Made by a program: the position numbers and the translations under genes
In this document: positions 27,489 through 36,153 of the stretch, piece after piece
Numbering within the stretch: the first letter of the stretch is position 1
Layout: the number at the start of each line of letters is the position of its first letter
Notes under the pieces: generated by a model
Told to the model about the DNA's origin: nothing
Database searches by the model: none
Seen by the model: the letters and a program-made list of their open reading frames with translations, nothing else
Virus record (IMG/VR): IMGVR_UViG_3300050343_000215
Span: 96,001-160,000 of that record
Reading direction: 5' to 3' (one strand)
DNA: 64,000 bases
From: a virus

Positions 27489-27950
27489 CTATTCTATACC
27501 TTCTGGAAATCCACTACATTCCACACATTCTTGATCTGGAAGATCTCCAAAATTTTCTGGATTTCTTTCTCGGTATGCAGCATACTCTTCATCTGTATGA
27601 ATAACTTCTCCTTCTTCATTCCTAACTAATTCACCCGAAAATTCACCCGAAGAATAATGCCAGCAGACATCTCCCATTTCCTGAACTTCTGCTTCAAGTT
27701 CTTCATCAAATTCTACTTCATTTAAAAACCAATCTTTTACACGAGTAATATTATCAAATACTTTTACTTTATCCTGAAATTCACACCACCACATGAGTTC
27801 ATCTACTGGCAATTCTGGTTCTGATTCATAATCTTCGGGATTTTTTCCCTCAGGAAGTAATGCTTCAATAACCATATGCACGTCCGACCCGTGCTTCTCC
27901 TCAATTGACTGAATTACATCATATAGGGGGATATCCGTAACAGAGTTCAT
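27489..27950 (-). CDS. Highly acidic hypothetical protein
   Basis: 153 aa, about 43 Asp/Glu against about 9 Lys/Arg by manual count. Confidence 0.7.
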   Translation of the reverse strand: MNSVTDIPLYDVIQSIEEKHGSDVHMVIEALLPEGKNPEDYESEPELPVDELMWWCEFQDKVKVFDNITRVKDWFLNEVEFDEELEAEVQEMGDVCWHYSSGEFSGELVRNEEGEVIHTDEEYAAYRERNPENFGDLPDQECVECSGFPEGIE

Positions 27951-27992
27951 TCTTTATGCACTAAATAAAAACACAACACAATATATAGTCAA

Positions 27993-28020
27993 TTGACCTG
28001 ACTTGAATATGTGTTATAAT
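27993..28020 (+). promoter_or_regulatory. Sigma70-like promoter of the plus-strand cassette
   Basis: TTGACC-16 nt-TATAAT with TG extension, 23 nt before the 28044 ATG; a CTAAATA late-like box lies at 27961-27967. Confidence 0.7.
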
Positions 28021-28043
28021 ATAGTATAGTATTCCGATAAAAA

Positions 28044-28550
28044 ATGAGTCTTCAACTTTGCCTCCTAGAAACTGGAGAAACTATTATTGCTGATGTTCGC
28101 GAAGCAATTGATCCAGAATCAAATGAATCCCTTGGGTATCTAGTAACTAATCCATTTAGTGTAAAACACATCATTAATAATGTAGTTAATGTTGAGGAGA
28201 TGTCAGAAGAAACTAACACTTCTCCTGAAAATGCCGCATCCCTATCATACTCTGTATGGGCACCTTTAGCTCGTCAAAATACCTTTAATTTTCATACAGA
28301 TTTTATCCGTGTAATTTATAATCCTGATCAAACTGTTATTGATCAATACACAAATATCCTTGAAAAATGGTTAGAAGAACACACTGTAGAAGTTGAAACT
28401 GATAAACACTCAACTACAATTACACTGGGATCAGACGCAACGCAAGCTGCATTGAGAGAAGAATTAGAGTCTATGAATAATGATAAAAAAGAAGGTGACT
28501 TTAATCCAGAGTCAATGACTGCTGCTGGAGAAGAATCTAATGCAAACTGA
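28044..28550 (+). CDS. Hypothetical protein, Sm/LSm-like paralogue of 47..406 with acidic tail
   Basis: LCLLETGETIIADVREAID...L.NPF.V...LS..VWAPL aligns by eye with 47..406. Confidence 0.75.
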   Translation: MSLQLCLLETGETIIADVREAIDPESNESLGYLVTNPFSVKHIINNVVNVEEMSEETNTSPENAASLSYSVWAPLARQNTFNFHTDFIRVIYNPDQTVIDQYTNILEKWLEEHTVEVETDKHSTTITLGSDATQAALREELESMNNDKKEGDFNPESMTAAGEESNAN

Positions 28551-29361
28551 ATTAACTCCTGCTCCTGCAATTAAAAAAAGTAAAATTACTACTTTTGATA
28601 CAACACTACTTATGGCGAGTAGACCTCCTGAAATTGAGGAGATGGATAACTGTATTCTTGTTGATAATTTTTTTCATGCATATGAGAAAATAGAAGAAAA
28701 CCTCTTAAAATTTCACTCAACAAACTGTCATGAGATTAATGAAATTTTATTTTATGGTGGGAAAAATGTTGAATATTTAGGAACCAAGGGTATTGTTCAA
28801 CCTATCCCAAGAGATTTTTCAGTTGAATTTATTAAAACAATTTATGAATATCTTACTGAAAAAGATTATTTAATTCCTAATATTAACTCTGATGAGACCA
28901 ACCTAGTTGATAAAATTATATTTTCAAGTGCTACTGAAGCAACATTATATTATGACGAAATGATTGTAGATAAAGGATTTAATGTTCCATGTCCTAGTGG
29001 TGGTGAATTTACTAGTACAGTGTTCTTATGTGATGATACAGAAGAAAGTAAAATGGGAGTTACTTTCTACGATTTTGTTTTTGAGGGAAGATCATATTCC
29101 TCAGTTGAAGATTTCATGCTTGAGGATGATGATACCCGAGAAAAGATTTTTAAAGTTCTTGGGGAATACAGTCTTGCTTCAGGAGAATTAAAACTATTTG
29201 AAGAATTTACTGAGTCCGAACACTTTAAACCAACAGAGTATATTGAAGCAAAACAAAATAGAATGATTGCTTATAAAAGCAGTTTTTTCACTGTTAATAA
29301 TTTTACTGCAGGTGAAAGGTATACTTTAAATTGCTCATTTAATGCTACTAATGTTGGTTAA
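28540..29361 (+). CDS. 2OG-Fe(II) oxygenase-like (DUF6445-type) protein, metal ligands apparently degenerate
   Basis: ILVDNFF, VFLC...GVTFY, IEAKQNRMIAY; lacks the HxD and distal His. Confidence 0.6.
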   Translation: MQTELTPAPAIKKSKITTFDTTLLMASRPPEIEEMDNCILVDNFFHAYEKIEENLLKFHSTNCHEINEILFYGGKNVEYLGTKGIVQPIPRDFSVEFIKTIYEYLTEKDYLIPNINSDETNLVDKIIFSSATEATLYYDEMIVDKGFNVPCPSGGEFTSTVFLCDDTEESKMGVTFYDFVFEGRSYSSVEDFMLEDDDTREKIFKVLGEYSLASGELKLFEEFTESEHFKPTEYIEAKQNRMIAYKSSFFTVNNFTAGERYTLNCSFNATNVG

Positions 29362-30134
29362 TGGATATTAATAATTTTTCTAGATATTCATCTGGAGACA
29401 TAGAATCTTTGATTGAAATTAATCCTGATTCTGAATTTGAATTATGCAGGTTTGAAGGAATTAAATATATCAAAGGTCACAATGTCTTAAAACGACCAGA
29501 TGATTTTGCTGAGTTTCTTTCTAAATTTCCTGCTGAAGATAGGAATGTGAGTCTTCAACGAAATCAAGAAACTAAAATTGATAGTTCAGCTCCAGGTTTT
29601 CAGCAATACCTCAAAGAAAATTATTTTGCTAAATTAAATGAACATTTTTTTAAAGTTGGTCATCAGTTAAAATTCCATAGATACCCTTTAAATAGAGTTA
29701 GTTTTGATAACTTTACTAACTGTTGCTATCCTGGAATGAAAGCATATCAAAAAAATTATCTTCCTCACACAGATCGTTTTGGAATTGCTTCAAATTTATA
29801 TTTAACTGATCCTGGAACTAAAACATCAACTTCGTTTTATAGAATTAAATGCTCAAGTGGAAATGTATACCACAATGAATTTGAACTTAGTCGCGCTCCC
29901 AAAGAAGATGCGTTAGAACTTAGAGATAGATATGCTGAGGAAGGTGCTAATGCTGGTTGGGAACCTTGGGTTTTCTTTAGGGGAAATAAATTTTATGAAT
30001 TTTATTTTGAAATTCCAGCAGAATATAATAGTATGAGTATGTACAGAGGAAATGCATGGCATAGTATATGTTATGATGCATCAGAAAAATCTAAACTACG
30101 ATATTCTTTTGTTACTGCAATGTTTGCAGAATAA
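29361..30134 (+). CDS. 2OG-Fe(II) oxygenase (DUF6445-type)
   Basis: YLPHTD (HxD), ASNLYL, TSFYR, YNSMSMYRGNAWHS (distal His), R near the C-terminus. Confidence 0.72.
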   Translation: MDINNFSRYSSGDIESLIEINPDSEFELCRFEGIKYIKGHNVLKRPDDFAEFLSKFPAEDRNVSLQRNQETKIDSSAPGFQQYLKENYFAKLNEHFFKVGHQLKFHRYPLNRVSFDNFTNCCYPGMKAYQKNYLPHTDRFGIASNLYLTDPGTKTSTSFYRIKCSSGNVYHNEFELSRAPKEDALELRDRYAEEGANAGWEPWVFFRGNKFYEFYFEIPAEYNSMSMYRGNAWHSICYDASEKSKLRYSFVTAMFAE

Positions 30135-30163
30135 AAAAGGGGGCATATGCCCCCCATTTTTTT
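30133..30163. terminator. Bidirectional intrinsic terminator
   Basis: A6-GGGGGCATATGCCCCC-A-T7 between convergent genes. Confidence 0.85.
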
Positions 30164-30180
30164 GGTTTTTTATACCAGGA

Positions 30181-33100
30181 TCATGCCTGAGATTCTTGCC
30201 AGGTGACCCTTGCCGACACAGCGAAGGGGTTAGCAGTGCTAACTCCAGTAGCGTCAACGATCTTCGCAACAACTGTGAGGATGTCAGGTCCGTTGGGGAA
30301 TGTACCATCTCCACCTAGGATTGAGTTGCCCAGTGCAGAGATCTGACTGAGGTCGTAAGCGGTTGAAGTAGATTCACCAGTACCACCACCAGCAGCACGG
30401 AAGGAGAGAATCGTTGAACCACCCGCGACAGTTTCGTTAGAAGAGTGTCTAACCAACTGACACAAGGAAGGTTCTTGAACATTCTGATATGCGTCAGTAC
30501 TCAGTCTTCCGTTCAGTTTGAGACTGATTTCAGTCTCATGCGTGGTAAGAATACCAACGGAAGCAAGTTTAAGTTGCATTCTGTTAACGATTTCTCTTTC
30601 GCCCAGTGCGCCTGTGATTGATGAGTCAACCGAAGGTGCGAGTCTGATTGAGATAAGAGGAATATCCTGAGGAATTGGGTTGTCAGTTCCAGAAGGAGCA
30701 CCGATAGACATCGTAGTTCCAGAAGGAACAGTGATACAACCATTAGATCCGCAAAGAGTTCTTTGGATGTTATCAGTGTGATATCTGTTGAATACAGCGT
30801 TAGTTCCTTCAAAGTACTGGATGTATACTTCATAGTAACTAGATCCATTCCTACTTCTAGAGTTAATTGCTCTACCAGTTTGGAAGTATCCACTCGCGAT
30901 CGTGTTGTGATACAACAGTGTGTTAGTAGCGAATGCAGATGCGTCAGATTGCTGGAAGAACAGTACGAGGAAGTACTCTCTGTAGTAATAGCTACCTTGG
31001 TATCTTTCACTACGAATAGCAGTATTTGATTGAGTGTTCTTATCAACAGCGGATTCGTTAGTAAACTTCTGGACGTTGCCAGATGCCGTGAACAAGTACG
31101 CTTCGTCATCCTGATACATACCATCCATAATAACTGAAGTACCCCAGTGGAACAGAGTTCCGACATAACTTGGTAGTTCATTATTTTCAATCTCATAACG
31201 TGCAGGCAGGTTACCTGAACGGAAGTAAGATTCAGTCAAGCGGTTGTTGTGCTTGAATTCATGGACATACTTGACGTGACCGTTTTGATCCTTAAATCCG
31301 AAGCGGATCTTACCAGCACCATACCAGGAGTAATCCATGTAGCACATCTGGATCTTGCTGACATCAAGATCAAATCCAGAAGGACCATTACCATCTGCTT
31401 TATCAACATTCCAGTCGGGTTGACCAACCTTAGTATCAATTGTCTTAGTACAAATAACGTTTTCAGCAGTAACGCCACGATAAGCAGGTTGAACTGTAAC
31501 CTGTGTATTGCTGGTAACTTTAACGACTCTGTAAGACATACCGCGAATAACGATCTGCTCACCCTTATTCAGTTCCGAGAGGAACTTAGTATTTGTACCA
31601 GTAACAATGTTATCCTGATTCGTCACACTAACTGTACCAGGAAGCTGAAGAACTGAACTTCTTCTTACACAATTCAGAGTTTGACCATTGAATTCATAGA
31701 AGAAACCATTCTGATCATCAAACATACCAGCGCGGATGTCACAACCAGACCAGGAAAGAACCTGTGCTTTAGGGAATCCACCAGAATTACTTCTAGCAGG
31801 TTCAACATCAAGAAGATATTTAAATTCATAATCATTTTGAATGGAGGTTACGTTAGAAGAAATATTCCACGCCTGATCGTCCGATTCAATAATCTTAATA
31901 TCAAGTTGATTTGTAAGATTATGTGGTTTTGATGTCGTTACGAGACCTTCAACAATTTCATGGAATACAAGAGTCTCAGAAACAAGACTTGCTTCACAGT
32001 TGCTGCTGATTCTAAGTGTGGTTGAGTTAATGACCTCAATAACTCTGGTTTGTCCTCCTTCTGGAGTAAGACCAATACCAGAACCAGTAACTTTCATATC
32101 AGGAATAATACCTGAAGTATCAGCAACCGTCAGTTGATCATCACCTTGAGTTCCAGTAGCAGCAGTAGATACTGTAGTACCACGAGTAGCATATGAAAGA
32201 TCTAGGACAGGAATCAACGGAATAAAGTTGATCGCGTATGAAGTCTGGATACCTTTACCTGACTGATAACGGAAGTACTTACGAGTCTGTCTAGAAATTT
32301 TAGAGTTGGGTGACTTAGAAGTACCGATTTCCATACCACCATCAAATGGTCTATGGAGATAGAATCCATCAGGACGTACATAGATGTAGGAAGGAATTAG
32401 ATAAACTACATTAGTAGCAGTGAAATCAACAGCAGTCTCTACGAGGAGAGTGTTGTCATCTGTAATAGCAGTAATTATTCTGGACTTAATCGTACCAGGA
32501 GTACCACCAGTCACATCAACCAGTTTGATAGTATCACCAACCTTGAAGAATCTTTCAAAGGATGTATCTGTACCAATAATACTTCTTGAACCAGAAACAG
32601 TTTCAATTGTTCCTGCACCAGTAACTTCACCTGAAAGGTTGGAACTTATAAATCTTTGAAGTCCACTTCCAGTACTAGTGAAGGCGAGAGGAACTGGTGG
32701 TTCTGCAGTTGCATCTGCTTCAGTAGCAGCAAGTTTGATGAAGTTGTGGTCAAGTACAATGACATAATAGTCAGTATTATTAGTCAAACCACTAATATCA
32801 GTTCCTCCGTTGTTGTCATAGATGACTCTTGTTCCAGTACCAAAGAAGTGGTTTGGAATGTTGATACGCATGTCAACAATATCAACATCAGTATTACTAT
32901 TAAATGCTTTTGATGTTGGAGGAATTTTGAATGGAATTGTAACTTCCAATTCAGTCTCACTAATTGCTGTAGTAGTTGTGTATGAACCATCAACAACACC
33001 GAAATCAGCAGTTGTGTTCTCAAATGTATGAGCACCACTACCACTACTTGTGATATCAATCATTGATCCACCTTGAGTAGCCGACAGAGTAAATCTGTTA

Positions 33101-35880
33101 CCACTGATAGGATAGACATAGTAAGAAGTACCATCAACCAGACCAGGGCTACCGGTAGGAGCAACACCAGTTGTGTTATACTTCAGAAGTTCACCTGCAG
33201 AGAACTGGTTGTCTGCGATGTAGATAGAGTTTCTGCTTGGGTTTGTCAGGACAGCAGTAAATGTAGTGGTGCCCGTGGCACCAGCAAGTCTCATTGGAGA
33301 TGCACCTGTACTAGACTTAATTCTGAATCTATCGTTGTTGATTCTATCAATATACCATGTTCCGCTACTGGTGGAAGTTCTATTACCAGCATTATTATAG
33401 TAATAATGAACAGCACCTGTGGATGACAAAACTACACTATCATTGGTATTAAAACCATGATTCTGTTTATAGAAAGAATCATTGGTAGAAGTATTTCTCT
33501 TCAGAAGAGCAATATACTGGTTTGTCTGACCATCTTCATTGACTGAACGGAAATTCCATGTGGGGTCACCGTCATAACCAGATTGGTAATACCAGTAGTA
33601 CCACTCATTACCATTCAATCTGAATTGGTAATCACTCTCGTCATAGAGGTAACATGAACTGTTTGTCCAGTATGTTTTGGAGTTTCTTCCTTGATATCCA
33701 CCTGAAACATAACCATAGCTATAGTTACCATTGTTATTACCGTTAACACCTTGGTTCTCATGGTCGGTCAGGAAGTCATAAGTTCCTTGCCACTGTGTAT
33801 TACCGAGGGGAAGAGTTTCGTGATGATAACCATAGGTTCTCATCTCATAACCTCTACGATAGTAATCCCACTTCATGAGATATCGTTCAGAGTGGTTGGA
33901 ACTAATTCCATCACCATAACGTGTGGTGCAGAAGAATGCGGCAACATCCCAAGGAGTTCTTCCTAAACCGTAAGTACCATCAACACTAGCAAAATCATAC
34001 CCAGAATAGGTGTTTCTATTTGATCTATAGTATGTACGATAGTAAACATAGAAATCTCTTCTAGGACTATATTCAGACTCAATATTATAAACTAGACCAA
34101 GGTTATGTGAACCGTGAGCAAAAGTACCACCTGAAGAGAGATTAAGTCTATAATTCATTCTTTGCGAATGATTTAGATAGAAAGAGTTATCGTCAATTCT
34201 TTCAATATAATAAACCTGCATTCTGGAAAGACCGCCGATGGGAAGGTCGCCAGGATTTGGGTAGTAAAGAACAGCAGCACGGTTATGGAAACCATGACTA
34301 GTCATCGTAATGGAATCACTTCCATAGTTGATGTCAGTCTCATCAAAACGTTTCGTATATGTAGACTCATAATTATAAGGAACTCTCTGAGTAGGATCTT
34401 CAGCAGTAACAATGTTTGCCTGTTCAACGTGGTCAATAGTTGGTCTTCCATCAGGAGCAGTTACTGTAGAATCAGGAACTTCCAGAACCTTAGGAGAAAC
34501 TGTGTTAACAAAGTAGAAGTTTGTATTGTCAGCAAAACCATGTTCTGATCTGGTTGTCAGAAGAACTTTAGTATTTGTTCCAAATACAATATTATAAGAA
34601 GAACCCATACCAGCGTGATTCTGGCATCTATAATAAAGAGTATTATAAGATGGTTCTGCTGATGTTATCAGAATTCTGGTATATGCACCAGCAGTTCCAG
34701 GTGTACCATTCGCATATACATAGGTACTATGAACATTACCACCAGTTGCAGCATCAGCAAACTCAAGTGGATGATTATTATTACTTACATCAGATTGATC
34801 AAAGATATAAATTGAATTTCTGATTAAAGTAAAGTCTGGTTCAAGATAGCAAGTTTCAACGGTATTGCCAATAAAATATCTATTTCCACTGTCTACTACA
34901 CCATTGTTTGCGGTAGACTCAATAGTATATTCTACAGCAGCACCTGTAATAGTAAGAGGTTCATCTACAGCAAAGGCACCAAGTTCAATATCAATTACAG
35001 TGATGGTTGAACCATCAACTTTAGCAATTTTACCAATAGCACTTGGAGTTGTTGCTGTTGCTCCGACAAGAACATCAATATCAAAAGCAGTTGTTGCCGT
35101 GAGTTCAATTGTAGGTTTTACAATAACAGTTTTTCTAAACAAGTCAGAGGTAATACCTTTAGTTGAACTCAGATTAACCTGAGAACCTTGGAAGAATTTA
35201 CCAGGAATGATAGAAGTATATGTACCTTGAAGATTCTTGGTTTCTGGTTGGTTCGCTCTAGCCTTGTATGTAAAAGTTTCGTTTGAAGGAACTGATTGAA
35301 TCAGATATGCACCTTCAGCAGAGAGTGAAGAAAGACCAGTTACTGTGATAGGAACACCAGTAGCAAGACCATGTTCAAATTCACAAGTTACAGTAATAAT
35401 TTCACTATCCTTAGTTGAAGTTACGCCCGAGATAAAGGGAATAGTAGTATCAGCAGTAGACGCATAGAACGAAGGAATATTGTTAATGGTCTGAATAGTT
35501 TCCCACTTAGAAGCTTGGGGACCATACTCAAAGTCGGTGTCAACTAAGTTCTCTGGGTTTGAAACTCTGAATTTAGAAACAGCATCAACATAAGTCTCTG
35601 AGGGCTCAATGTTAACGTAATCTTTTTCATAGAAAATCTGCAGTTCATCAGTGCTCTGCATAGTAGAGCAGTTAAAATTCAATACAAAGGTAGTTTCCTC
35701 TGCAACTTTGTCATATGTTCTAGATCCTAGACCTAAAAAAGCATCAGCAAAATTGTAGATATTGACATTATCTGTTACATTCGTTACGAGAAGCAATCGC
35801 TTAGCAGGAATGTTGCCCTTGACCTTGACAGTGTTGGTCGTTGGCTCAAAAGTGTAATAAGTAATTAATTTCTTTGCCAT
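30181..35880 (-). CDS. Large virion structural or fibre protein (1899 aa)
   Basis: Repeated HGFxxxxxVxY and YYVxxIDxNxFxL beta modules, SRQTRKYFRYQSGKG and DMDYSWYGAG-type lectin-like domain, Tyr/Trp-rich inserts. Confidence 0.75.
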   Translation of the reverse strand: MAKKLITYYTFEPTTNTVKVKGNIPAKRLLLVTNVTDNVNIYNFADAFLGLGSRTYDKVAEETTFVLNFNCSTMQSTDELQIFYEKDYVNIEPSETYVDAVSKFRVSNPENLVDTDFEYGPQASKWETIQTINNIPSFYASTADTTIPFISGVTSTKDSEIITVTCEFEHGLATGVPITVTGLSSLSAEGAYLIQSVPSNETFTYKARANQPETKNLQGTYTSIIPGKFFQGSQVNLSSTKGITSDLFRKTVIVKPTIELTATTAFDIDVLVGATATTPSAIGKIAKVDGSTITVIDIELGAFAVDEPLTITGAAVEYTIESTANNGVVDSGNRYFIGNTVETCYLEPDFTLIRNSIYIFDQSDVSNNNHPLEFADAATGGNVHSTYVYANGTPGTAGAYTRILITSAEPSYNTLYYRCQNHAGMGSSYNIVFGTNTKVLLTTRSEHGFADNTNFYFVNTVSPKVLEVPDSTVTAPDGRPTIDHVEQANIVTAEDPTQRVPYNYESTYTKRFDETDINYGSDSITMTSHGFHNRAAVLYYPNPGDLPIGGLSRMQVYYIERIDDNSFYLNHSQRMNYRLNLSSGGTFAHGSHNLGLVYNIESEYSPRRDFYVYYRTYYRSNRNTYSGYDFASVDGTYGLGRTPWDVAAFFCTTRYGDGISSNHSERYLMKWDYYRRGYEMRTYGYHHETLPLGNTQWQGTYDFLTDHENQGVNGNNNGNYSYGYVSGGYQGRNSKTYWTNSSCYLYDESDYQFRLNGNEWYYWYYQSGYDGDPTWNFRSVNEDGQTNQYIALLKRNTSTNDSFYKQNHGFNTNDSVVLSSTGAVHYYYNNAGNRTSTSSGTWYIDRINNDRFRIKSSTGASPMRLAGATGTTTFTAVLTNPSRNSIYIADNQFSAGELLKYNTTGVAPTGSPGLVDGTSYYVYPISGNRFTLSATQGGSMIDITSSGSGAHTFENTTADFGVVDGSYTTTTAISETELEVTIPFKIPPTSKAFNSNTDVDIVDMRINIPNHFFGTGTRVIYDNNGGTDISGLTNNTDYYVIVLDHNFIKLAATEADATAEPPVPLAFTSTGSGLQRFISSNLSGEVTGAGTIETVSGSRSIIGTDTSFERFFKVGDTIKLVDVTGGTPGTIKSRIITAITDDNTLLVETAVDFTATNVVYLIPSYIYVRPDGFYLHRPFDGGMEIGTSKSPNSKISRQTRKYFRYQSGKGIQTSYAINFIPLIPVLDLSYATRGTTVSTAATGTQGDDQLTVADTSGIIPDMKVTGSGIGLTPEGGQTRVIEVINSTTLRISSNCEASLVSETLVFHEIVEGLVTTSKPHNLTNQLDIKIIESDDQAWNISSNVTSIQNDYEFKYLLDVEPARSNSGGFPKAQVLSWSGCDIRAGMFDDQNGFFYEFNGQTLNCVRRSSVLQLPGTVSVTNQDNIVTGTNTKFLSELNKGEQIVIRGMSYRVVKVTSNTQVTVQPAYRGVTAENVICTKTIDTKVGQPDWNVDKADGNGPSGFDLDVSKIQMCYMDYSWYGAGKIRFGFKDQNGHVKYVHEFKHNNRLTESYFRSGNLPARYEIENNELPSYVGTLFHWGTSVIMDGMYQDDEAYLFTASGNVQKFTNESAVDKNTQSNTAIRSERYQGSYYYREYFLVLFFQQSDASAFATNTLLYHNTIASGYFQTGRAINSRSRNGSSYYEVYIQYFEGTNAVFNRYHTDNIQRTLCGSNGCITVPSGTTMSIGAPSGTDNPIPQDIPLISIRLAPSVDSSITGALGEREIVNRMQLKLASVGILTTHETEISLKLNGRLSTDAYQNVQEPSLCQLVRHSSNETVAGGSTILSFRAAGGGTGESTSTAYDLSQISALGNSILGGDGTFPNGPDILTVVAKIVDATGVSTANPFAVSARVTWQESQA

Positions 35881-35921
35881 TTTTTAAAAATCCTTTCGGT
35901 TATGTTTATATACGTGTCTAA

Positions 35922-36110
35922 TCAAAGACCAAATGCTACGGACATAGCGAGCGATCCCTGCCTAGTAGCGAGTTCAGTTCCTCCAGCTTTCACACCATCA
36001 TGAACAACAGCAGTATTTTTTGTGGTATCAACAGTGATTTCACCTTCAGCACCAATAAAAGTTTGATGTTGAGCGGTTGTACCCCTTCTGAATTGTACTT
36101 GAGTGGTCAT
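35922..36110 (-). CDS. 62-aa stand-alone fibre N-terminal (Mtd_N-like) module
   Basis: VQFRRGTTAQH..F.GAEGEITVDT.K...VVHDG...GG; C-terminal SLAMSVAFGL; TATAAATA at 36139-36146 upstream. Confidence 0.75.
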   Translation of the reverse strand: MTTQVQFRRGTTAQHQTFIGAEGEITVDTTKNTAVVHDGVKAGGTELATRQGSLAMSVAFGL

Positions 36111-36153
36111 TCTTTTTAAGCCAAAGATTTTCTTCTTTTATTTATACAAATTA

